Positions 24,065 through 36,846 of a DNA stretch of 64,000 nt are shown in pieces; within the stretch, counting starts at the first letter, position 1; the number at the start of each line of letters is the position of its first letter. The notes beneath the pieces were generated by a model that had not been told where the DNA came from, searched no databases, and saw nothing but the letters and a program-made list of their open reading frames with translations. The stretch is from Ophelia neglecta (taxonomy: Eukaryota), in the NCBI GenBank assembly GCA_965285935.1, contig OZ260663.1, positions 27,528,001 to 27,592,000 of the forward strand, written 5' to 3'. Position numbers and translations under genes: made by a program.

Positions 24065-27000
24065 GTAAGTTTAATACCTAATTATATTGATTAAAACCAT
24101 CGTCATTTTGAAGAAGGTTGGGGATGAAATCTGACTCTTGGCTCCTTAAAATGGCCCCCCTTCTCCAGATGTGGCCCTCTTTGGCCATCCAGTGTTTGAC
24201 TTAATAACTATTAGTTGTTGACAGATTCGTGAAGAAGATTGCTTTTCTTTTATCTGCTCTGTGGACTTGAAGCTGGAATCTTCTAATAGTGTGTGATTTT
24301 GTATTTTACACATATATGCAGACAGTACTGTGTTACAGAATATTCAAAGTTATGTTCGCGCCTTGATTTTATAACATCGTAGGTTTTTCATCACGTTCAG
24401 TCTTTTTGTATTTGTGACTCTTTGGTGTTTCATCGGCCTCCAACATTCAACTATTGGTTCGAACTGTTTGACAAAGCACGTGCCATGATTTGCTGAAAGG
24501 GTACTGAGCGTTGGTGCTTGATGGGTTAGGCCGGTGAGAGCAGATAGCGGACAGAAGGGCGTTTCACTCGGAATGCTCTTGTCTTATGCTAGGCTGTTTA
24601 CGTATAATGGCAGTGGTCGGGTTGCCAAGTCACCTGTAATCCAATGAAAGACGATGACAGGCGAGACGGCAGTCCCGCTTACCGGCCGCACTAGCCCGGG
24701 GCGCTATCGACCATTATCTGTCAGAACCATTACTTTTACACAACAATAGGTCTCTCCAGAACGGGCCACGCCCTAGCCTGACTGTCTGGCCCGATACAAA
24801 TCTTTGTAGTCCGGCTCCCGTCTATTGAACCGACCATGAAAGCCTACATATACGACCACGGTCAGTGCTGGGAATTGGTTTTTGATATAAACTCATCTCA
24901 TCTCATAGCATTAAAATACATGTATTGATATCTGTTCTGACTGACAATGTAAGGTATAAATGGGGCACGGATTCCTCAGATATTGGCCTATTGTTGTACA
25001 TATTCAGAATGTCGAGATCAGCCTGCATGATGGGCTCATCCCTTGGATTCTTGGTGTGCGCTCAAGACGTCCCTTGATGCCATTGGAGAAGAAAGAAATA
25101 TCAAATGTCTACATATATTGGCTCTTATATAATGTGGATTGGTAGAGGCAGATTACGAGGAAATCTCACTTGACACTGAACTACTCATATTCTCTATCCA
25201 TCTTTCTAGTAATTTGAAAAAACGCATCAGTACCTGCCTTCAAGCCGGGTAGAAGGCTTGTAGGAGAACTCCCCTATTTGATTTCATGTCATTTCATCTC
25301 ATTACTTCATCCAATCTGACCCTTTTGACATTAGCAGCGCGCCTCCACTGAAGCCTTCTCGGCCCCTCCGCTAACCGGAAATAATGTGTCCATTGTTTGG
25401 ATGGGAGCCTGAAGCGGTACAAGAAGGAAGGGCCCGGCTGTGGGATGGGAGACACTGGATGATGACGCTAATCTAGGTTTGAAGGGATCCGATTGTAGTA
25501 TGTAACATGGGAGACGCCATAGGTGGATGGACCAGCTCTAGGCTTCCTGATGTGTGTGTGTGTGGGGGGGGGGGCTGGGGGGGGGGGAGTTTGGGGGGGG
25601 GGTGACAGAATACACTGCCCTGTAGTTAATAGATGGGTGGTCCCGAACGAGCGCAAGTTTTATAGAAAGACATCCATCACTGGCAGCATTCCAGCTTAAC
25701 GTGTAGCTCCCAAGCAACCACAGGCTGAGAAAGAACAATATAAGCTAAGGAGCAATTGATCGCTCAAATCCTTGTTTAAATAATGTGTTTAATAAAATAA
25801 CACCGATTAATGCATCAAGTACCACCTGTGAATTTCTACGAAGCAAGCTTTCTGCCGTTGTGGCTATTTTAGCTTACAGAACAAGGAGCCAGTCAACTAT
25901 ATGGACCAATAGAGAGCGGGCCAGTCTTGTGTCAAGGAAATTGAAGTCCTTTTTTTCCACTGTATCAATTTCTCTCAGTATACTACTTAAGTATCGGTCT
26001 AAACGTTACCATCTGAGGACAGGGTGTGGCCGCTAATAATGAATTGTCCCTGCTTTGTTCACCATAATCCAGTGAGAACCCATTCCCGTCCAAATGACTT
26101 CTAGGTAACTCTACAAATATGTCAACTGGCCCACAGTCCCTTCTGAAGTCAGGGAAATTGAGCCGGCTGAGCTTTACTTTGAAGGCACGAGACAAAGACG
26201 GATGAGAAGAGAATAGGCCTATATCATTTTCCCGATTTCGGGGCTCGACTTAAGAAAAAATGGGTCAGTAGTTTGACCTTTCAACTGGCCCAAACGAAGG
26301 TCGACCAGCCCAGCAGCTTGTAATTACAATGGGCATAAATTAGAACATTTATCATTGAACATTACATTTAGTCTATTGTTTATATTGGCAGGGAGAACGT
26401 TTAGTGGTCTGTGGCCAGCAGGCCATCGTTTTATTCGGGCTCTATCATTTAAGTTTTGTAATAATTACCCTCAGCACATAGGCCTAATTGTCTGATTTTT
26501 TTCTCGCTTTTATTTCTTTGTATATGCCTACCGTTAGTGTCGGGCATGTGTTCTCTGACCATAGAGGCGTATGGTATAGACACCTTATACCAATGTATCA
26601 TATACATGGGCACACCCCTGCTAACTCCCTCATACGGGTGATTCTCTATGGGCCTCTTACTTCCATATGGTATCTGCCTATAATCGTGTAGGTAGGCCTA
26701 GTAGTATAGATAATACATTGTTCCTTTGAGTTTGAAGCAGGACAGCCCTTGTGTATTGAGATAAGGGCGTTGTTCAAGTGTTCCTGCCGCAGATCATATA
26801 TAGGCAACGAAAATTGATAGCTATAATTAAATATATTCTATTTACCGAAATTGAAGATCCAGAGCGTGGGAACAGAAACAAACCAAAAGTCGATCTGTTT
26901 TAGAGACCAATAAAAATAGTTATTAGTTTTTATGAGAATTTCTATATCATACTGTACTATGATACCAATAGGAATTGATACCAAACCTCTTTGCTTTCGG

Positions 27001-27814
27001 AGGAAGCTTGGTTTCATGCGATTAAATCAAGGCGGCGTTACGTTTATATACGGATGTGAATAGACGGGGGTTGGACAAAAGAGAATCTCTCGGAGATGAT
27101 ATGCCATGCGGAGGTGGTTGACTACATAGATAGCGTGTGGTTACCCACTGCACACTCCTCAAAGCTCGAAGCTCCGCGCGCGTCAGCCCAACTACACCTG
27201 TCTCTACCAAAATCCTCTCATATTAGTGATTTGTCATATTGATTTTTAGCCCCCCTACAAGAAAAGTTGTCTACGGAGGGCGCGTTTTGAAGCTACTAAT
27301 AGCCTAAGTGCGAGACTAATTACTCACCCCGTGGCAAATGCATTCGGAAAAGCCATGGTCCTTTTGATATTCGGGATAAATATTTACTAATGAAGTTTTG
27401 TGGGCATGTGTAAGCCTCTTTACCTGTACTAAGACGAGGTATCATGGCCTAGAAGGAGTCCTAAATGAGGGGCTGAGACGCCGAGACTCTGCTAGAGCAG
27501 AGACTCAGTCGAGCTCTAGTAGATAATTGTCCCGCTTTCTCCTCCTTCCTCTAATCAAGGCGAGTTGTTAATCAAAGCGATTTGTTGCTCAGGCGGTTTG
27601 TCAAAGACGCAGAGAAAAATATGTCTTTCTTTTTGTGACAGACACTAATACAATCCCTAATTGTTTTATTATAAAAAGAACGATCAATTTACTTTACTAG
27701 TAGTATAAAGTAAGATAGAAATGCTTTCCATTTTGAATCTGAAGACATTTAATTACGTAACTTGAATGATGCTGTCGATACGATGTATGGATTAAAATGT
27801 CCAGGCATGGATGG

Positions 27815-27980
27815 GATAAGTGGGTCACAAAGGTCAAATGGATCGAGCACAAAGGTCATAGGGGCTGATCACAAGGGTCACATGGGCGGATCTTAAGGGT
27901 CAGATGGACGCATCACCACAAACATCAACTGGGTGGGTCACAAGTGTTAGATAGATGGATCACAGGGGTCAAAAGGGCGA
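27815..27980. repeat. Degenerate tandem repeat (about 22-24 bp) rich in RGGTCA
   Basis: Repeated GATCACAAAGGTCA-like units. Confidence 0.65.
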
Positions 27981-30900
27981 ATCCCGGGATTGGGTACAGA
28001 ACTGTGTGTGTAGGGGGGGGGGGGGGGTGAAGAACTGTGTGTATAGGGGGGGGGGGGTTGAGAGGGGGGGGGGGTCAACACTTTGTGAGTGTCCCATCCT
28101 CTCATTGAGCGGAATGCCAATTTTCTATACATAGGGAAGGCGTTTTGTCGTCCTCGGACCCCCCCCCCCCCTCCCCTCTTACATCATCTACATCCTCCCG
28201 TATTCGGGTCTTGCGCTAAACCCGCTAAACCCCGATGTTATAAGAAGGATACCATATAGGCTGATTGTAAACACAAACATGTGTGCTTCCCACCGGAATT
28301 ATATATAAAGGAAGTTTTCATAGAAGCATGTATATAGATTCGAGGAAAATGATTTCAGATTAGTTTTTGCATGCTAAGGAAATTTTCTTTTACCAGCAAA
28401 TTGTGCTTTTATGACAAATTAATAAGGCCAGCGCCCGAAGTTCATTTGTTAATATGAAAATCAATATCCAACTCGCCCCCTGAGTCCATTCATTATCGTT
28501 AGAGGGTTTTCGGATATGTTATTCGTGGTCTATATTTTACACTCTCCTACATTTACCCGCTGTACTTCAGGGACATGTATACGGCCTATGATTGGATAAA
28601 AATTGATAAAACTATCGGGTATACGTACATAGGCAAAAGTTTGCCTTATTTGGAGACAACCAACAAAGGTTAAAAGTTTGAACGAAATTCGAGAAAGCAT
28701 ACAGATGTTTGAAGCCTGATTCAAGCTGATACGCTTAGTACATCACCTATACGCTAATGACTTTGCCGAATCCAGTTATCGAAAAAGTTGTGTCCCCCAC
28801 CCCCAATTTGGCGCTTGAAAAATAGCTTGTTCCTTCGTCAAGCATTACTTCCAAAAGCGACGATTGAATCGAGCTTATGTTTTCTAATCAGCATTGAACC
28901 TTGTAGAAAGTTAAATGGGTTTTTGTACAAAGTAACAATTATAAATTGATCCTCGGTTCTTTTATTGATAATTCCAATAATAAAATCACCAAAAGCTACA
29001 CCGCACTAGAAACCATTTATAGTTACACAAAGGCAGACGAACAAAATGAGAGAACATGTCGGAATTTGCGATCTTTCACAAGTCCAATTGAGAATGTTAA
29101 GTCGGACAAGACAGTGTGACGGGCTTGTTGTCGAAGGAAATCCTTCTAAGAGCCGTTTCCGCAATTTTAAAAAGCCATGTTTGAACACTGGGAGAGCGAA
29201 ATGAACTGCATCCACATGCACCCGTGATCCACGTGAACCGCACGAACCACGATACTGAGATGAAACCGGTTTCGTATTTTCCAATCGTTCTTTCCAGGCC
29301 TGTAGTGTATGTGGAAGCGTACATACACTGTAGACTAAGGGTGCATGCACACTAGTTCATTCATCCTCTATTTTATGTCTCTGATTAAATCAATTATTTT
29401 TAGAATAGTCATTCCTTTAAGAAGCGCAGACTTGAAAGAGCAACACGAAGCTAATAAGACACTGGATTATATTCAAGGGTTCAAAACTAGCGAGGTATAT
29501 ATTCGGAGTAACTGCATGGTCGGCCAATAGGCCTAGTTGTTAATGGTTTAATCTGAGTTTCATCCCTGAGAACATTATAATAGTGGGATGGTACTTTCTA
29601 TCAAACAAAAGGCGGGAACACCCTCCATAATTATGTTTTAAAATCGGCATGGAACTCCACACCTAGACTGTTTAGTAATGCCTTAAGACCCCCTGCATTC
29701 AGTAGCCAAACAACACCATCATCAACTTCCATAAAAATGCAGCAAGCATCTGAGTTGATAGGAATTAGGCGTCATTGTTTGAATATTTAGGATGTTTGGT
29801 CGAGTTGAGAACTAGCGAATGTCCGTGTCGACCAGAAATCGGGCGGATTCCTTTCGAAGTTGGCTGTGCGTGTCCAGGTGATATCAGATGTCACGGGGCA
29901 GCATTTCCCGCAGCCCGCCAGTAGAATTAAACGACTAATTTCCCCTCATCGCTCTGCGACTAATACCAGGTATTCTTTCGGCGGCATCAAGGTGATGGTA
30001 TGCCAAATTATTACCGGTGAATCAGTCGCTATGGCAACCGACAGGAAATAAGAAGAGCAATTTGGCAGGCTATTTGGTGTGTGCGCGGGACCAGACCGGC
30101 GATTGGTGGCAGTATCGCCTGCTGGCGTCCATTTCACTAGCAGACGATCTCTTCTAGCAGTTCGTCGATATTAAATACCTACCCGGCCAAATTGCACCCA
30201 ATGTCACGGGCTCCCGTCCTGCATTAGACGAGATAAAATTGAGCTGAATTGTCATGATGTGGCCGGTAATGGCGGGTTAAAATGCGGGACGGACGATAGT
30301 GTGGCGACACGAACTGGAGCCAAAGACTCCGGCAATCAGCTCTCGTCCCACTACCCGGCTCTCTAATTGAACTGCTGAGAAGAAAGACAGCACTTGAAGG
30401 CGGGGAGAAGGCCAGCCGACAACGGAACTGGTGGTTACACGGCCGAGATAACTCGGCGACTGGCAGGCAAATTACATACCAGGACACACTCCCTGCAAGG
30501 GAGTTTGACATTTTTCTTCATTTGACCACACCCTGCTGGCCTACCTCTGGTTTTGAATTGAGGATTTGGATTTTCCAGCACGATTCAGAAAAATGTGGGA
30601 CACCCAACTTAGAGGCAAAGCTATACAAACCCACTCATAATAACCGAAATCTTGAAAATAGGGGACCGGTCACTGGGGGAGGGGGTGGCTGACATTTTAA
30701 TGGAATTTTTAGGGGCAACTCGGGTAAATTTTCCGGTGAAAAACTCAAAACTGAAAACAGATTCGGTGGGAAAATCTCTGGGAAAACAAAAAGTCTGTAA
30801 GTAGTATATGATATAACTACTCGCAATTGAACAGAAATATGAAGGAATATGGTCCTGGATTACATATCAAGTGGATACCATGTAGATAGCCACATCTAAA

Positions 30901-31329
30901 TGTTAACAACACCACCCTCTAATCAAGTTAAACGGCGTGATGGTCGGTTATGAATTGGATGAGGTTTTATTCTAAAGTCTAATTAATTAGGGGGATTCAG
31001 AATTTACTCAACCTCTAGGTCGATGTCAAATGTTACTATATAGTAGAAGGAATTAATTGATATGTGCCGACCGTCACGAGGCTATGCAATGAATAAAAAA
31101 ACTACTCGCAATTTTCTTTCCCTTTTCAGCTAAGCCACTTTCAATTTATTTGGTTCCATTTGGACATTCTCACAACGGAATTTTATATGTTCAAACTACA
31201 CGAAATTTAAATTTGCCTTTCAAACAACTAATAATTGATATTTGGGTTTGCATACCACTTGTTTTTTTTTTGTATTTAGGATTACTTTAAATCATTTCAT
31301 TAAACCTTCGAATATAATTTAGAAAATTT

Positions 31330-31713
31330 AGGTAGTGAATCATCCTGTCATATAGGCTGAGGTAGTGAATCATCCTGTCATATAGGCTGAGGTAGTAAAT
31401 CACCCTGACATATAGGCTGAGGTAGTGAATCTCCCTGACATATAGGCTGAGGTAGTGAATCACCCTGACATATAGGCTGAGGTAGTGAATCATCCTGTCA
31501 TATAGGCTGAGGTAGTGAATCATCCTGTCATATAGGCTGAGGTAGTGAATCACCCTGACATATAGGCTGAGGTAGTGAATCTCCCTGACATATAGGCTGA
31601 GGTAGTGAATCTCCCTGACATATAGGCTGAGGTAGTGAATCACCCTGACATATAGGTTGAGGTAGTGAATCATCCTGTCATATAGGCTGAGGTAGTGAAT
31701 CGTCCTAACATAT
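31330..31713. repeat. 30-bp minisatellite, about 12.8 units, three interleaved variants
   Basis: Unit TGAGGTAGTGAATCAYCCTGWCATATAGGC at an exact 30-bp period. Confidence 0.97.
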
Positions 31714-31815
31714 TTACTAATCTAATTTCCATGTCTTCCGGGCTTATATATCCAAATATTAAAAATGTGTCCCCCCCTCCCCCCGCTCCCCCAGCCTTTT
31801 GTATGTTGTTGTGTA

Positions 31816-31990
31816 CAGAGAAACCTGCTTAAAATCCCACTTTTTATCTTTTTATTAAGACCACCTGACTATTCACACAACCTCTATGAGGACCAAACCG
31901 TACAATATCAATGTAAAATAACCTATTCACAGACCATCTTTATAATCAGACCAGTATTTTACTGTGCCTTGGATGACACAGGTTTCACCG
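31816..31990 (+). mobile_element. Tc1/mariner-type MITE family A, copy 2
   Basis: TA|CAGAGAAACCTG ... CAGGTTTCACCG. Shares TTTATAATCAGACCA and AGACCACCTG with copy 1. Confidence 0.75.
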
Positions 31991-32618
31991 CAGACCTGGA
32001 TAGACGCCTGTACAGACATGTCCGAAGGGGATTAAGTTATCAAAGGAATAGGCCTATGTATCCCATGTCTAGAATGCGAAAAAGTCCCATTCAAACAGGA
32101 ACCAAGAAGGGAAGGGGGGGGGGGGGGTCTGTGTTATTGCAGGATAGAGAAATAATATACTTAATGGTCTATAATTGATAATTTGCAACAGTGACATTTA
32201 ATTATCGCTGGGATTGGTAAATTACACCTGCATAGAAAGATAAAACCTGAAGATAAAATGATCAAATCACTCCGCGTACTCGTGTCCTGTTTCTGCCAGG
32301 ACTTACAGACTTGCGCCAGTACATCGCACTACTTAACCTCGACTCGTCGTTCCCCAAACCTGACGACAATTCTACTCACTGCTGCTGTCCCTATCATATA
32401 CGGGTTGTTTTCGACCAATTGAGCAATTTAATCAGAAATACTTTCATGTCAAATGGTTTTCTTTTTCCTTATTTTGTATAATATTTAGGTCGGACGTGAA
32501 CTATCTAAATTGTCTTTAACCAACTAAAGGGCAAAGTAGGATTCGATTTTTATTTCAAATGGTGGTTTAATAGAAGTGTTTGAATGTATCCGGTATATAA
32601 ATTGTGGATATATATCTG

Positions 32619-32621
<3 letters not shown>

Positions 32622-32664
<43 letters not shown>
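32622..32664. repeat. (TA)n microsatellite
   Basis: About 21 uninterrupted TA units. Confidence 0.95.
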
Positions 32665-32666
<2 letters not shown>

Positions 32667-35600
32667 GTGTTGTTCCATAAGAAAGGCATGCCCAAAACAA
32701 ACAGATCTCTACTGGTAAACACCACCTCACTGGGAGCCATGACATCAACAAGTTTACACTTCCTCAGCCTTCATTAGCTGATAACACGACTGGTAGCCTT
32801 CGGGGAGCTGTGTTCTTTCTTCATTCACAGTGTTAAAAGATAATAACACTATTCGGCTTCCAATTTTAGATTCGAAGAATTCCATATAGCTTGTTTTCAG
32901 TGAAGTCAAGTCAAATTTATAATTTGCAAATAAATTTACGTCCTCAAATCCCAAACAGACCTATATATAGGTGTAAAATGTATTTCTCATGAAAAGGGAA
33001 ACATCTCCCCGATGACGTATAATAATATTTGTCCATTAGACTTATTACATGGGTAATTCTGATGAAAAATACCCAAACCTAATAAAATACCCTTTCAGCA
33101 ACCAATCTTTACAACTTCAGTAAAAAAGAGATTGTTCCTGGTGGCACTACTAGCTAGATCTGGTGGTCAGAGTAATAAGAAAAGTGGTCTTCAACTTTCT
33201 TCTAATAAATTTGATCATTAAAGCATGATTTTCATGAACACAACAGTTATTAAATAAATTGGGTAAATTCACATTAGACCAGCTGAGTTTCTTTCATGCG
33301 GGTGACAATTGAATGTATTGGTGTAGATTCTTTAATCTGGATTAGAAGGGATGGGAATGGTGAGCCAGGCCGGGCGTGCTCGGCGTGGGAGGAATGCAGT
33401 GTATTGATTGGGTCGCTGGCATCCCGTTGAGATGTACGGCGCCGTCAGAATGGCAGCAGCAGGGGACATTCGTACAGGTAAAATCAGTGGGAAGGACGAC
33501 CAGCAGGCAGAGAATACCAGGCCTAAAACTACCAGCGCACCTGTACAACTGCCATCAGCAGCGAGGCAGGTCTCCTCCACGCCAGGGAAGCCCGTTTATC
33601 GCCTGGACTAACTAGGTTTATTACACCTCCACAGAGCCAGGCGAGATGGAGATCTCCGCCGGGGATCTCCGCAGTCGATGCCCATACCAGCACGCCTGCC
33701 AAAGTGAAATTGGGTTCGTCGAGAGATGGCCGCCTCTTAGATGTGCATTTTCTCCATCATGCTAACTAATTTATATGATGACACCAGCTACCTTCTCGAT
33801 ACCAACCCACGCGCCGTATCTTAGCCACCAGACGCAGGAACTCCTCGGCTTCATAGTATTAACAATTTCGTATAGATCGTGCCCCTTTAAACTGTACATA
33901 CATCAAATAACCATGGAGTGACTATAACCCCAAACTTACCAATAAAGGGCCTAGCTAATATAAAGGAGGTTCAGAAATTTAACCATAGAAAAAAAAACAA
34001 TTAAAGGAAAATCTGCTACTATAAATTCATGAGCAAGCTTGACTACTTTAAAACAAATCACATTCTCACGAACAAACTACATTCTCACGAAATTTGCGAA
34101 AATCACCTGCTTTAGACTATAACCTGGTTAAGAAAAGGACCTGCTTGAGAGAATGACCTGCTTAAGAGCACAAAACACCCCTACCTACTTTGAGCAACCG
34201 CCCGTCTCAGCCAGAGCCGAGTTGTTTCCCCTGGTCAGTCAGGTTCATTTTTGTACAACCTGGTGTCATTTGGCAAGCAACGAGACATAATTTAGGCTTT
34301 CAGGTTACTGGGTTTCGACATAATTTTGTGAGATTAATTTGGCAGCCGAGAAAGCCAGGGATCCCACCTATTTGACGCACTGATTGTCTCCCTGTTGATT
34401 GCGATGTTAAGGAGACAAGGACAACTCAGTTTATGTCCCTGAGTCAGATAAAGGACAACTTCTCGTACTGTCATCCCACGTCCCGTCAATCCTTTGCGAG
34501 GCCAACAGGGTCAAGGTCAGGCCGTCACCTTACATGTACACCTTTATCTGCACCATCATCTTCATCTCATTGTGGTTCTAGGACAAACATGCTCTTTTAG
34601 CCCGTTGTATCCCCTCCATTATGCCGCCCGTAGTGCCATAAAATGGCACTAATTGACCCTGGTGTCAAACTTGACCCACAACACAGGCCGTCCCTCAGCC
34701 TGAGGGCTCTGGTACAGGGAGCTCTGAGCCTGTCATTGCTGGATACAATGGTGGAGGGCTAATCCAGTCAAACTTCAGTCAGCGATTGGGGGATTTGTAA
34801 ACACACAATATGTCCGGAGACCAGTTTGATTGGGGATAGGTCTTGAGATGTTTGGTGTCAAGGTTTGTCGGTCCCTAGCGATCCAACCCACACTGCCTGG
34901 TCACTCTCTTCCCTTTTCCCGGACCAGACCCTGTACCTGGTCCGCAAGGCTTTATAGGAACCTACACGACGCTCCGCCATGTGCGGTCCGGTTGGGTCCA
35001 TCCCCCGGAGCAGGGTATTGTTGACCGCACCTCGTAGACAAGAGTGTGTGATCACCCGACATATTACTTGCATTCAACAGGGCACTCTAAGGCTAAGCTA
35101 CCTCTCTACAGACAACACTATATATGCTCCATCCTCGAGCTGCTGTGCGTAGGATAGATATTGCCGAAGGCCTTTTTGGTACCCCACTAGGCCTAACTGC
35201 TGTTATTGGCATAGCACATCTCAACTCTCTCATCAGACGTAAACGAAAACGTTCCAAGAGAGATATACTCAAAATGGCAGATTTTCCAATGGCCAATGGC
35301 TTCACACCTCTTACCGTGTCGAGATGGAAGCATGCTTGCAAGTTCAAAATCCAATTTGTTTTGTTTTATGAATTTATATCAAAGTTTATAATACTTAGAA
35401 AGTTGCTCTTGTCGAAAGTTCATTAATAATTTGAACATTTCAATTCCATCGATCCTTTAGTTAAAGGCATATTGAAAAACAGTAAAAGGAGATTATTCCA
35501 GTACTAATCTGTGTATTAACTACTTGGATATTATTTATTTATGAGTTCACCAGTTGGTGGTTCCCCTGGTTTGAGTGTTCGCCGGTTCGTGGCGGGCCGG

Positions 35601-36705
35601 CATGCTCTTCTGTTCCACCATCGCAGGGATGTTTGTCTACAGATACGTCCGGCCTATAGAGTAGAATAAAAGTACGAGTAATCAATGTCGATTGTCTATT
35701 GTCATACGGTCAAGTGATGAACTTTCCTTTAACCCCCGGGTACAGTTCTGGAAGGTTAGTAGCTTCATGTTTTTGCATGGCAATGAATTTGGCCACCACC
35801 CTGTCTTAAACTGAGTCTGATAGGAGAAGAATGTGTGCAAAGCCATTGTTAATTAAATCAAAAACTATAAAGAAGTCAATTCTCCAATATTCCAGAACTC
35901 TACCCTAAATGTCTCATGTTATTCGTATTCAACCATTTAAATAAATCATGGTGCCATTTTCAAATATTCATTTCTCAGCATTTCAACAATCTATTTAGAA
36001 AGTATTTGGTTCACACGTTGACCTAGATAAAAAATAACAGTGTCAATACTTGGTAGACAAGCCAAATCGTCTATCAAGATTCCCTCAAATGTTTACTGCA
36101 GCATTATTGTCTTTTAAAGGCGATATTGGTTATTAATATTTGGTCACTCAAACACCTCAGAGGTTCTTAATACCTATGTCCTTTTGTTGACATGGCTAGC
36201 CAAATATCAACGCTTTGCACGTCGTTTTGAAAGGGAGATATAGGGCGGCCACCTTGTACTAATTACCGCCGAAGCTTCTCGTCACCTCGCCTGCCAACTC
36301 CAATTAATTAACGCCTTTTGCATGAATCTGTTGAATCGCCGGGGAGCAACAGCGGGTGATGTTAAAGCGAAGCGCGCCGCGGGAAGACGCGGGATCTCGT
36401 GTTGGTCTCAGCCGCCCCCCGCGTCCCAGATGGTAACATATGGAGAACAGAGCCGGAGTGCCAATGACAATATGTCAGGCGGCACAGCGCCCAAAGGTCA
36501 CATGACACGACAAACGCTAAATTTGTGCCAAGTCCTGAGATCTGTCTTTAAAGCATTTAAATGTAATGCAATATAGTTTAAACAGCACATTTCAGGACAA
36601 ATGAGGTGCTCTTCAAACCGTCCAGGATTCACGAAGGAATGGACTGCAAAAAGGCTGCCCTACATATGGTATGGCATAGCTTTAAAAAGTGGCCATTTCT
36701 AACAG

Positions 36706-36846
36706 TAAAACATTGAAACAGGAAGAATTTAACATAGGTGTAGGCTATTTCTCCAACTTAAAAGAATAGAGAAAAATAAAACATTGAAACAGGAAGAATT
36801 TAACATAGGTGTAGGCTATTTCTCCAACTTAAAAGAATAGAAAAAA
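36706..36846. repeat. Tandem duplication, 71-bp unit x2
   Basis: CATTGAAACAGGAAGAATTTAACATAGGTGTAGGCTATTTCTCCAACTTAAAAGAATAGA starts at 36711 and again at 36782. Confidence 0.95.

Noticed and set aside
29006-29350. Minus-strand ORF faintly resembling a THAP domain (W...HF...RL..P.T)
   Set aside because: Lacks the N-terminal CxxxxC and the CxxHF cysteine; the resemblance is too weak to call.
31287-31713. 128-aa repeat ORF, CRISPR-like array or let-7 precursor cluster
   Set aside because: Units are contiguous with no unique spacers and no cas genes. Only let-7 nt 1-9 match and there is no fold-back precursor. The ORF reflects the 30-bp period.
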